Source of the DNA: Octopus bimaculoides
Lineage: Eukaryota
Length of the DNA: 64,000 bases
Direction: 5' to 3'
Assembly: GCF_001194135.2 (NCBI RefSeq)
Contig: NC_068985.1
Coordinates: 6,586,557-6,650,556, forward strand
The notes under the pieces are model-generated. The model was given only the letters and a program-made list of their open reading frames with translations, searched no databases and was not told the origin of the DNA. This document shows positions 1 through 11,194 of this stretch, one piece after another (position 1 is the stretch's first letter; each line of letters opens with the position of its first letter). Position numbers and translations under genes: made by a program.

Positions 1-295
1 AATGCAAATATATTTTAACACCAGTGTCTGAATATAAATATCTTTCCTGTAGTTTTCAAAACATCATGCTGGATATGTACAAATAGAAAATGTTTCCATA
101 CATTACATTTCACAATCCGGAATGTAAGCAGGTGGATGACATTGGAGAAGACCACTAATCTGTGGTGAAACTAGCAAATACTTTTGAACAAAAAAACAAG
201 TGGATATATTCAATGCTTCAGGCTGGTGACTTCCGGCATTCAGTCTTTGTTATTACATGTAACATGTCGAAAGATGATTTAATATGATTACCTAA

Positions 296-590
296 GGCGC
301 AGGAGTGGCTGTGTAGTAAGTAGCTTATTTACCAACAACATGGTTCGCGTTCAGTCCTACTGCGTGGCACCCTGTGAGTGGATTTGGTAGACGGAAACTG
401 GAAGAAGCCTGTCATATAAATATGAGGTTGCGTTTCTGTGTTTGTCTCCCTCCTCCATCGCTTGACAACCGATGTTGGTATGTTTAGGTACCTTTAACTT
501 AGCGGTTCGGTAAAGGAAACCGAGGGAATAAGTACAAGTGTTACAAAGAGTAAGTCCTGGGGCCGCTTTGTTCAACTGAAACAAGTATAA
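296..590 (+). mobile_element. tRNA-derived SINE, family A, internally deleted
   Basis: Head GGCGCAGGAGTGGCTGTGTAGTAAG (A-box-like), GTTCAGTCC (B-box-like) and tail CTGAAACAAG; homologous to the fuller copy at 42246-42665 but with two deletions. Confidence 0.85.
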
Positions 591-1785
591 CAATAAAACA
601 ATAATTCTTTATGACGTCAGTGACATTCTTAACACATAAGTTGATCGTAGTGTTTGTTGGGATGTCCCTCGAAGGAGAAGCGGTTGACGTCGTTTTCTCT
701 CAGCTGAGAATGTCCAAATGTAAGTGGATTTGTAATATAGATATAAATGTATACGATACATCTAGAATATATAATTCTGAATGGTAGAAATAAATGTTTT
801 AAATACATTCTAGATTTGAATTCCACTTAGGCTTAAACTTTGCGACATCCTTTGAAACACCCTGCAGAGAGANNNNNNNNNNNNNNNNNNNNNNNNNNNN
901 NNNNNNNNNNNNNNNNNNNNNNNNNNNNNNNNNNNNNNNNNNNNNNNNNNNNNNNNNNNNNNNNNNNNNNNNNNNNNNNNNNNNNNNNNNNNNNNNNNNN
1001 NNNNNNNNNNNNNNNNNNNNNNNNNNNNNNNNNNNNNNNNNNNNNNNNNNNNNNNNNNNNNNNNNNNNNNNNNNNNNNNNNNNNNNNNNNNNNNNNNNNN
1101 NNNNNNNNNNNNNNNNNNNNNNNNNNNNNNNNNNNNNNNNNNNNNNNNNNNNNNNNNNNNNNNNNNNNNNNNNNNNNNNNNNNNNNNNNNNNNNNNNNNN
1201 NNNNNNNNNNNNNNNNNNNNNNNNNNNNNNNNNNNNNNNNNNNNNNNNNNNNNNNNNNNNNNNNNNNNNNNNNNNNNNNNNNNNNNNNTCTCCTCACCGT
1301 TTTCCTCCTCCTCAGCCCTCGTTCTTCTTTTACTGTCAGTTTTGCAAATAATAATTGTTTATTTTTGTTATTTTTCTTTAATATTCATTTTAGTTACTCG
1401 TTTCCTATTTAAGCAAAAAGAAAAAAAAAAGTTAATTTCCGGTGCTTTTGTTTCAAGATTCCCAAATGATTTCCAAAAGAAGAAATATTTACAGCATCTA
1501 AATATTACATTTTAATATTTTATCTTATGATTTGATAGCGTGTATTTGCATTTCATGGTATGAACTTACATTACAGATGCACAAATATATACATATCTAT
1601 GTGTATGTGTGCATGTGTGTGCATGTGCGTGTGTATGTGTTCGTGTGCGTGCGTACGTGAACGCGCATGTGTGTATGTATAGGTATGTACTGATGTGTTT
1701 AGCAAATGAAACTATCTCCGATTCTCTATCTTCTTATCCCAGTCTCGTTCTCAGTGTTACTCCCAATTGCTTGAGAGAATTTTAC

Positions 1786-1932
1786 CTTATGCTTGCAAAC
1801 GACCCCCAGCACGGCGGGCGTGACATCGATGCGCCTTTCTCCACTCACAAAATTTACTGCCGGTTCCTCGGAGAGTTTTAGGATGGATAGGGGCGAACAG
1901 CATACAGATTTTGTGATGGACGAATTTAAGAG
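1786..1932 (-). CDS. Putative coding exon of an unidentified gene (LLNSSITKSVCCSPLSILKLSEEPAVNFVSGERRIDVTPAVLGVVCKHK)
   Basis: GC-richer non-repeat island; TAG acceptor (1935-1933), AAG|GTAAAA donor (1786/1785); 147 bp with only phase 0 open; no homology recognised with confidence. Confidence 0.3.
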
Positions 1933-2543
1933 CTAGATTTCATAAGAGTCATTAAAGGTACATAGACATTGAGTGAGTGTATGAAACAAAAAGCAACAGA
2001 CACAAAGAGATATTCATTCTCAAATACACATAAATATGCTTAATTTCCGCATCCTGATCTATTTCATTCTGATCTTTCAAAGCTGTGTCTGAATATTAAT
2101 ATTCTTATATTAATTTCTACATTTTCTATTGAAAATGCAAGGCTATCTTTTATATTTCTACTATATTGATACTATGCTGAATTGTATTATTTCTATGTGA
2201 ATAGTATACAAGGACACACGCCTCCAGATATATGGATACATAAGTGTGTGTGTGCGTGCATGCTAGGTATGTCTTTCTTTTTTGAATGAAAGCGAATTAT
2301 TTCTTCCTTGCTTCCGGTATTATTGGTAGACAAACATCCGTTTCCGTAGCTTTTCATCTGGCGGCCGAAAACGAGCCTTTCTGCTTATTTCCATGCAGGG
2401 ATATGTGTAAGTTCATACGCATATGTTTCGAATGTTTAAATATATATATATATATATATATATATACAAACACACACATACACACTAATATGCACACACA
2501 CACACACACACATATATATATACATACGTACATACATATACAT

Positions 2544-2582
<39 letters not shown>

Positions 2583-3499
2583 NNNNNNNNNNNNNNNNNN
2601 NNNNNNNNNNNNNNNNNNNNNNNNNNNNNNNNNNNNNNNNNNNNNNNNNNNNNNNNNNNNNNNNNNNNNNNNNNNNNNNNNNNNNNNNNNNNNNNNNNNN
2701 NNNNNNNNNNNNNNNNNNNNNNNNNNNNCACACACACACACACATATATATATACATATACATACATACATTCATTCACAATTCTAAATGATTAATATAG
2801 ATATACGGTTAATATGAGTGTGTTTGTAGGTTCTGTAAGTAGGTTGTTATAAAAGTACAGGAATTAATGAGAGTAAAATGGCTGCGTATGTTGGGATTGA
2901 TACATGTATGTATATACATATGTATGTACATTAGCGCAAGATAAATATAAGTGTATATATCCGTGTGTGTGCAAGAAAATGTGTTGGTTTTCTAACTTCT
3001 CTTAATAACGTGAAAACTAACGATAATAAAGTCCATAGTAGTGATACCAAATATCTAAAATGAAATCTGCAAAGTGCCAAATTTTAGTACGTTACTGAGA
3101 TGAAGAAGTGAGGAGATGTCATACGTTTTCTTTTGATGTGAAACCATGGTAAGCACAGAAGTATTTAATAGATAAAATTTATCTTTTTATGACATTGTTA
3201 TCCTTGAATCTTTATTCTCGTGTTTCCTAAAATTCCAGTCGGCGCTGATGGGTTTGCGGTTTAAATCTGAATGAGTATGGTAATTCTTCGTTCTTTGTTT
3301 TGTTTCTCTTTGAAACGCAGTCGTGCTAATTGAGACAAATGCATGAGTCGCAATGTCTGTCGGCCTATGTCATCCATTATGCGGAATGTAGGTCCTATTT
3401 CGAAGAACCGTCGACACGCTGAGGAATCTCTACACAAAATGTTTCTTTAGAACAGCATGTGTAAACGATTATATATATATATATATGAACACATATCTT

Positions 3500-3719
3500 T
3501 TGTCTCTTATTTGTTCCAATCATTGAGCTGTGGCCATGCTCTAGCAGTGATATAGAGCAAATAAGCATCATTATTTTTTTAAGGCTTGGTATTAATATTC
3601 ATTCTATCGGTCTTATATGCCGAACCGGTAAGTTAAGGGACGTAGATATACGACCACTGGCTGTCAAGCCGTGGTGGAGTTAACAAACCGCGCGCGCACA
3701 CCAACGTACCCACACCTCC

Positions 3720-3750
<31 letters not shown>

Positions 3751-3892
3751 CGAAGGGGTTCTTTCAGTTTCCGTTTACCAGATCTACTCAGAAGCTTTGA
3801 TTGGTCTGAGGCTAGAATAGAAAACACCTGACTAAGGTGCTGCACAGTGGGACTTACCTGAAACCTGGTGGTTCTAACCAAAGTGCCACGCC
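3500..3892 (-). mobile_element. tRNA-derived SINE, family A, diverged near-full copy with central (TA)n
   Basis: Reverse complement matches the family A head, body, (TA)n and GACAACC/GCGGTTCGG/GCATGGCC 3' half. Confidence 0.75.
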
Positions 3893-4641
3893 TACGTCTC
3901 TATCAGTCGATGAGGATTCAGAAAGATGTACAATTATTGAACAGACGACATGTCAATGGAATTTCAGTTCTTTTTCTCGGTTACCTCATGCTTTCAAAAA
4001 ACGCATTTAGCCTCTTCTACAATTTTTCAGTCTTTAGAAGATAATGTTTTCAAAGAAATGAAACAAATTCAAATAATTCTCGTTTTGGAATATATTATTC
4101 ATTGTGAAATTCGTTTAACATATCGAAATATCTATCAGTACTTCGTTGCAAATTGTTTCAGAAAAATATAAAAAATAGTATCGTATGCACAAATATTTTC
4201 ATGCGTGTTATTTCCTGAGCTTGTGTATGCAGCGATTGGGCAGTTTACAATCGTATAAGAGATTGGAACCGTTGGAAAATTGCAAAAACTCAATTACCAA
4301 ATGGATATCCCTTGAAGCAGGTCATTTACACTTAGCAAAACACTAGCTATACAGCACTGTAATTACAGCGTAACCAAAACACCGTGGTTGACTAGTCAAA
4401 GTATCTGCAGGTATTTCCATACGAATTTGCCGGTAAACTGTGTGTGAATATCTGACATGCTGTATTACCATTCTTAAAAATATGGTGACATGTGATACCA
4501 TCTTGAAGGTAAAAATATATAATGGGGGCATTATTCAGTACTAGTATTGCTACAAATAAGAGTAAAAAAACAGCTCACAACCTCAATAACGCACCGTCTT
4601 ATTTAGTGCCAAGGGAGGCAAGCTCCTTAAGCACCGGGCAT

Positions 4642-4690
4642 AGCCAGATCACTAGTGATTTCGCATTTACGTTAATGCTCGTCAGTGGCT
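4642..4690 (-). ncRNA. Type I hammerhead ribozyme motif, canonical core
   Basis: Minus strand AGCCA CTGACGA GCATT-AACGTA-AATGC GAA ATCACTAGTGAT C TGGCT: 5-bp stem I, CUGACGA, 5-bp stem II, GAAA, 12-nt palindromic stem III, AUC cleavage triplet. Confidence 0.85.
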
Positions 4691-4704
4691 CTCATATACA
4701 TAGA

Positions 4705-5013
4705 AAGGGTAAAGACCCACTTCGTTCATTAATGACTACGAGATTGCACCTCAAAAGTTACCCTCCGAGACCAGCAGTCACCCATGCATACCGGCCTCCC
4801 CTCTCCACACCACCGATGTTATCAAAGGGAAAGGCAAAGGGGCCGATACGGATTAGCACCAGTGACGTCGTAACTCATTTCTACTCTTGAGAGAACTGGA
4901 ACAACGTAAAACAAATTGTGTTGCTCAAGACTATAACGCACAGCTCGGTCCGGGAATCCAGCTGACTCATTTATGATAGAACCAGCGCTGTAACCACTGA
5001 GCCATGCACCTTC
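4705..5013 (-). mobile_element. tRNA-derived SINE, family C
   Basis: Minus strand head GAAGGTGCATGGCTCAGTGGTTACAGCG (A box), GGATTCCCGGACC (B-box remnant), central CCAGTTCTCTCAAGAGTAGAAATGAGT, tail GGGTCTTTACCC. Confidence 0.75.
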
Positions 5014-5761
5014 ACACACACGCGCAGATATATGAAAATGAAAATGAACAATAAAGTTACGTGAGAATAATCTCTAAAAAATGGTTTATGTATACAATGT
5101 TGGAATAGGTATTTCGCATCGATTTTAAATACGTACGATGCCCTTCATCATTACTGTTCGTAGTTAAAGGATGTATCTAATAATCTGCACTTCCAGCATC
5201 CTTTTCACCATCGAGATGCAAATATTTGGCTATTGCACAATCCAATAGATTTGGCAATTATCATTCGCTTTCTTGTCCGATAATAATGCCACCCTATATT
5301 TAAATGCATATGCTAAGTAATAATCCTTACATCAGAGGTACTGATTCAGACTATAGCTTTACTGAGTACAATCTTTATCCATCGCCCAGCCATTTAAATC
5401 ATTTCTTCCTGGTTGTAATGTTAAATGATTTAATGATTGTTACATCGATGGTGAATGGTCACTAAGCACTGAAAACCATTCCTAATAGAAGGAATAATTA
5501 TAGATGACTGTACTTCTGGATGAGTCTCAACTTAGAATTAAATATTTTTTTTATTCAATGCAATCTATTCTCATGTGTAAATCGCTTGTCATTCAAAATA
5601 TTATAAACGACTGATCTGAATCGAATTGCCACCGAAAAAATATATTTGGCTTCTTATCCTTTCGAAAACAAATAATTAATGAATCCCTTATGGTCTGAGG
5701 CCAATCCACACTGCCGCTTTTCTCCTCATTCTCTCTCTCCCTCTCATGTGTACACTGTGCT

Positions 5762-6019
5762 ATCTTATTTCTCTACTGCCCACAAGGGACTAAACATAGA
5801 GGGGGCAGACAAGGACAGAATAAAGGATTAAGTCGATTATCGGGGGAGGGTGCCAGTCAATTATATCAACTCCAGTGCACAACTGGTGCTTATTTAATCG
5901 ACTTCGAAAGGATGAAAGCCAAAGTCGACCTCGGCGGGATTTGAATTCAGAACGTAACGGCAGACGAAATACCGCTAAGCATTTAGCCCGACGAGCTAAC
6001 GTTTCTGCCAGCTCGCCGC
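5762..6019 (-). mobile_element. tRNA-derived SINE, family B, full-length
   Basis: Reverse complement GCGGCGAGCTGGCAGAAACGTTAG...GAATTCAAATCCCGCCGAGGTCGACTTTGGCTTTCATCC...GGGCAGTAGAGAAATA; homologous to 36929-37143. Confidence 0.9.
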
Positions 6020-8087
6020 GTTGTCGTGTCGTTCGCAAAAACAGACTCAATAGATAGCAGTGTGGTAGCTGCTCTACTAAGTACGTCACTCCGAACGGCA
6101 AGTTGAGTAGTATGCAAGCGATCCTTTTCGTCTTGATCTCTTTTGCTATCTTGACTAACGAGAGACAAGTCACAATATTTATATGCCATCCGGTGATGAA
6201 GCGCATGCTTGAAATATCAATGTTACTGTTGTGTATTTGCTTTTGCAAGAGTCCTGATGTGCAATCGTGTGTTGAAACAGATATTGTTATATGCTTTAGC
6301 ATGAATTTTTACCAGCATGTCTCTCGACAATTGTTCAGATGAAAACTGTGTTTAATGTCCTACATATTTGAACCTCATAAGTGAATCAATACCTCACATC
6401 AATGCCAATGAACTAGGATCGAAAGTAGAGTTCTATCAATAAGATCAATGATATAAATTCAATCAAGGCTGACCGGATATTCGAAATTGCTTGTTTTCTT
6501 TTTAATTTCCTACTTTATTTGTAAATTCATTCGATATTACACAACGAAGCCTCTAGTTGAGATAGTGATGCAGGAGTTAAGCCATACTTAATTCTCTACT
6601 GCTTTATCTGGTTTGCTTCAATTTGTTACCCACACATGAAAGAAATACTGGAGATGGCTCTTTTGTAGTGATGTAGAAGCCATAATGAAAAATGATATTA
6701 TATTTCATAACGAGATTTAATTTAATTTAAAACTTCCTATACTGCAGAAACGGAAGCAACATGCTGTTACATCGTTTAATGCAGGAGTGTCTGAGGTAAT
6801 GTATCTGGTGGTGATATAGTGGTAGTAATGTTTGTTTTAATATCGATGATAAATAAGTGGTGTTGTTTCTACTTATGGCTTCGAAGTTTGGAGAGGGAGA
6901 TATATGACAAAGGGTGTGGTTATATGTTTTGGTGGGTGAAGGCTGTATGGTAGGTAGTCACTGTTAGACTGCAGCATTATGCCTCAGCGTGTTTGTGATA
7001 ATTGAAATTCTGAAGTAAAACCTGTATTGAATAAAGTAGTAAATGGAATAAAACAAAACTACATTTCATAAGAGACAATTCAAAAAGAAATTAGCGCCCT
7101 TCCTATTCACACAAAATACAGAAAAAATAATTTCGAATAGAACGTATAAAGTCATACAGAATTTAATGATTCAATTAATTTTACATCTGTGCAATGCCTA
7201 TAATAATATTTGGTCAATAAGCTTTTCAAAAGCAATTTCCGATCCATAATTATCAAATGCATTTAATTTTCCTAGGTGTGATTTCTGTTTGTTTGTTCCC
7301 TCGTTTTGTTCGTTCTGCCATTTTAATTGTATATTTGTTTGACATTTTAAAAATGTATGTGCCTATTTATGTATATATTTCTGTTTTATTTACAAAAATG
7401 AAATCGCAAAATCAAGTTATTAACAGTAGTATAGAATGATGTTTGCTGAATCACGCACGAGTGGTTGCTTCCTTAAAGTTCGTTACCTATAATAATACAT
7501 TTTCCTTTTGTTTATATACATTTTTGCAATGATGTTGTTTTCTATAGTTTGCACAATAAGCGGATACTATTCACTCCCCTGTGCAGGTATTCTCTTATAT
7601 ATGGTATTTTACACTCTCCTATACACCTCTCTACCTAACACTGGGTTATACAGCATCGCACACTATTGGCAAAATTGTTCCTCCAATGCTTCTATATATT
7701 TTTTGTCCATGTCTATTCATTCTAATCTGTTTCATATTTCCCTCCCAATCTCTCACGCTCTGTCTCTCTATTCAATAAGTCTTTGTCCTTTGCTTTGCAA
7801 TTGAACAAGTATGTGTGTTTATTCTTCAACATTTTTTTTTTCATTCAAGCATTCATTCATTCTGGACAAAATCTGTGTCTAAGATACCTGATTATCAACA
7901 TCTTTTTTCTCTAATCCATTATAAGTTTAACAATAGCCGCGTCACTCAGATTCTTGACTCTCTATCTTTAACGGACACACAAAGAAAACCATCACTTGCC
8001 TTCTATGACTGACTCCCGATCTAATTTACTACACTTTAACAAATTATTATGATTATTATTATCAGTATTAATGTTATTATTATTATT

Positions 8088-8553
8088 CAGTAGTTTTAAT
8101 TTTATAACGTGCTTTCACTTCACTACCGAGCGCAGCTCTGTGTGCCTTGGGTATGTGCTATGGTTTGCTGTGATGCTCTTATGGTTACTGTATTGAAAGT
8201 CTTTTGCGTAGAACGTGTGCCGTACCCAGTAGTGCAATTTTCTGTATGTTATATATATTTGTAAGTCCTGCTATTTTTGTTATGTATTTGTCTGAATATT
8301 TTTTTTATTATACCTAAGGCACCTACTATGACAGGAATTGTTTCTGTTTTTAGATTCTACATTCGAGTTACCTCTATTTCCAGGTCTTTGTATTTCGAAA
8401 GTTTCTCCATTTCTTTTAGGGAAACGTTGTCATCTGCTGGTATTGATACATCAATTCGAAAGCATTTTTTCCTTCATGATCTTTGACAACTATATCTGGC
8501 CAATTGACCTTAATTTCTCTCTTCTGTGTGTATTGGCATATCCCAGAGTATGG
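8088..8553 (-). mobile_element. R4/Dong-type non-LTR retrotransposon, 5'-truncated 3' end (restriction-like endonuclease)
   Basis: Frameshifted translation ILWDMPIHT/REIKVNWPDIVVKDH/KCFRIDVSIPADDNVSLKEMEKLSKYKDLEIEVTRM*NLKTETIPVIVGALG with the PD..D REL motif; (TAA)n on both sides. Confidence 0.85.
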
Positions 8554-9040
8554 TTATTATTATTATTATTTTATGTTTGACTTTCGTTTTGCATTTGTAC
8601 ANNNNNNNNNNNNNNNNNNNNNNNNNNNNNNNNNNNNNNNNNNNNNNNNNNNNNNNNNNNNNNNNNNNNNNNNNNNNNNNNNNNNNNNNNNNNNNNNNNN
8701 NNNNNNNNNNNNNNNNNNNNNNNNNNNNNNNNNNNNNNNNNNNNNNNNNNNNNNNNNNNNNNNNNNNNNNNNNNNNNNNNNNNNNNNNNNNNNNNNNNNN
8801 NNNNNNNNNNNNNNNNNNNNNNNNNNNNNNNNNNNNNNNNNNNNNNNNNNNNNNNNNNNNNNNNNNNNNNNNNNNNNNNNNNNNNNNNNNNNNNNNNNNN
8901 NNNNNNNNNNNNNNNNNNNNNNNNNNNNNNNNNNNNNNNNNNNNNNNNNNNNNNNNNNNNNNNNNNNNNNNNNNNNNNNNNNNNNNNNNNNNNNNNNNNN
9001 NNNNNNNNNNNNNNNNNNNNNNNNNNNNNNNNNNNNNNTG

Positions 9041-9053
9041 CTAATTATTATTA

Positions 9054-9117
<64 letters not shown>

Positions 9118-9170
9118 CATTATTATCATTATTATTATCATTATTATTATTATCATTATTATTAGTATTA
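9041..9170. repeat. (ATT)n/(ATC)n trinucleotide tract
   Basis: Direct read; abuts a gap and the 3' end of an R4/Dong-type relic. Confidence 0.95.
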
Positions 9171-10100
9171 TACACTCAATGGAAAAGTATTTTAACATCG
9201 GGTCAACAACAAGTAACGTTGGATGCCAAAAACGCTGCACTTAGATTACAGCAAGCAACCTTAGATGCCAAGAACCCTCCTAAGTCTCCTAACTGTCCCT
9301 AATAACACTGTTTTCTGCAGCTCTACTAAACTGGGTTTTATGCCTATTTCTTCTATCCATCTTTTCAGATATTTAAGGATAGTTCCCAACGCACATATTA
9401 GTACTGGGATACATTTTACCTGCCCTGGCCAATTCAATAGCTAGTTCCTAGTACTTAGCTATTTTCCGTATACTTCTCTTTTCTGTATACTTCTTATATT
9501 AAGCCAATATAAAGCGTTCGCTCTCTACCTTTAGCTCTGAGCTCCGTAGCCACTGACGGGTGTGATTTTGGTCTACATCAGCTTGTTTGTTACAGGCCAC
9601 AGTTTTTGCCATGCAAAGGCTTTTGTTCCCACCTATCAGCCAATTGTTCAAACGCATTTTGCTTTGCTATTGATTTCACCTTCTTTGCAACTATGGATGC
9701 AGCACTTCCATCATACTGTTCAACATGGATATTATGCATAAACTTACTTGAAAATATGTTGCTCTCCTTAATAACAGAATGAAGCAGTTTTACATATTTC
9801 ATGGTTTTCAACGGACTTTAGCATCCAGTCGTTAGATGTTACAAGACATTTTGCTAGTCCAATTGTGGTGGCTTTTAGGAGATTTCAAATAGGAACAAGC
9901 CTCGACCTCCTTGAGCTCTGGGTAGGCAAAGATGATATGCGTTTGCTTTTGGGTGGTGCATCTTATTGCAAATCAATCATGACTAGTTTTATATTCTACA
10001 AGTGCAGAATATAAAACCTCATTGTGTGTGACGTTAGCATAATAGTTCCGGATGAAAAGATACTGATCTTGAGGCATTAGCTTGATAGTTCCGGTTGAGC
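9171..10100 (-). mobile_element. R4/Dong-type LINE 3' relic with an internal deletion of the zinc knuckle and REL core
   Basis: Minus-strand WEQKPLHGK, ADVDQNHTRQWLRSSELKVESERFILA, then a jump to sequence resembling the terminal IPV..ALG..LQKTVLLGT region; ends in (AAT)n. Confidence 0.7.
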
Positions 10101-10101
10101 A

Positions 10102-10138
<37 letters not shown>

Positions 10139-10162
10139 GTAGTAGTAGTAGTAGTAGTAGTA
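10102..10162. repeat. (ACT)12 directly followed by (AGT)8: 50-bp perfect palindrome
   Basis: Centre ACT|AGT at 10137/10138. Confidence 0.95.
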
Positions 10163-10198
10163 TTTTTATTATTATCTTCATCATCATCATCATTATTA

Positions 10199-10315
10199 AG
10201 ACAGCGAGCTGGCAGAACTTTTAGTGCGCCGGTCAAAGTGCATGTCGGCATTTCGTCCGTCTATATGCTTTGAGTTCAAATTCCGCCGAGGTCATTACCT
10301 TTCATTCTTTCGATG
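10199..10315 (+). mobile_element. SINE family B, 5' part
   Basis: AGCGAGCTGGCAGAAC...GAGTTCAAATTCCGCCGAGGTC. Confidence 0.8.
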
Positions 10316-10640
10316 CTTCGTTATGATTCATATTATTATTATTATTATTATCATTATTATTATTATTAGTAGTAGTTGTTGTTGTTGTTGTTGTAGCAGT
10401 AGTAGTAAATTCGTTCACACACAGAAATCTATAACAAGTAAAACGCGTAAACAACAATTTATTCAAACACAGTTCATTAAAATTATGTTAGCAGCTCCCA
10501 ATACCTGATTCGCATTCTTAATTAAATCTAAATACATTGATGAATCGCACAAGACATTTACTAATACAACACAATTTCTTTACGTGCCACTTTTTTCTAT
10601 AATACCTTTCTTTCTTTCATTGTATATATGGATTTGTTTG

Positions 10641-10672
<32 letters not shown>

Positions 10673-10805
10673 CATGTGTGTGTGCATGTGTGCGTGTGTG
10701 AATATATATATATATATATATATAATATAAATGATATATAAATATATGCATATATCCATACATATATGTACATACCTACATCTATATGTTTACATACCTT
10801 CATAT

Positions 10806-11110
10806 ATGGGTACAGGACATCAAAAAAACAACTTTAAACGCGATGAGAAACGAAAACATAGAAACGAAAACAAAAACGAACTTTGTTCATACAACGAAAA
10901 TAACAAATAAAGAAACGAGACATGCAATATAAAGTGTATACCCCTTCGTCAGTTGTCTCTGTTTCATCTACTTCTCGTTTCGAAGGCAAGGGCAATACGC
11001 GACTTCGTTGGAACAGTCCTTCCCGCAAAGCAAATTAGATAAAATTTGGGATATTTTGCGGAGGGTGAAAGTGTTAACAAGAACAGGACAGGGAGAACAA
11101 GACATATTAT
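10806..11110. repeat. Unclassified dispersed repeat (family E), copy 1
   Basis: ATATGGGTACA...GATGAGAAACG...AACGAACTT...CCCTTCGTCAGTT shared with 14948-15120. Confidence 0.65.
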
Positions 11111-11146
11111 CATATGATCGAACGCCTCGGAACCTTTTCCAAATAA

Positions 11147-11183
<37 letters not shown>

Positions 11184-11194
11184 GAGGCGCATGG

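Noticed and set aside
4522-4890. 122-aa plus-strand ORF
   Set aside because: Largely the antisense of SINE C and the hammerhead region; no protein motif
6188-6220. Hammerhead-like GTGATGA AGC-GCAT-GCT TGAAATATC
   Set aside because: C3 is mutated and there is no stem I pairing; chance or too decayed to call
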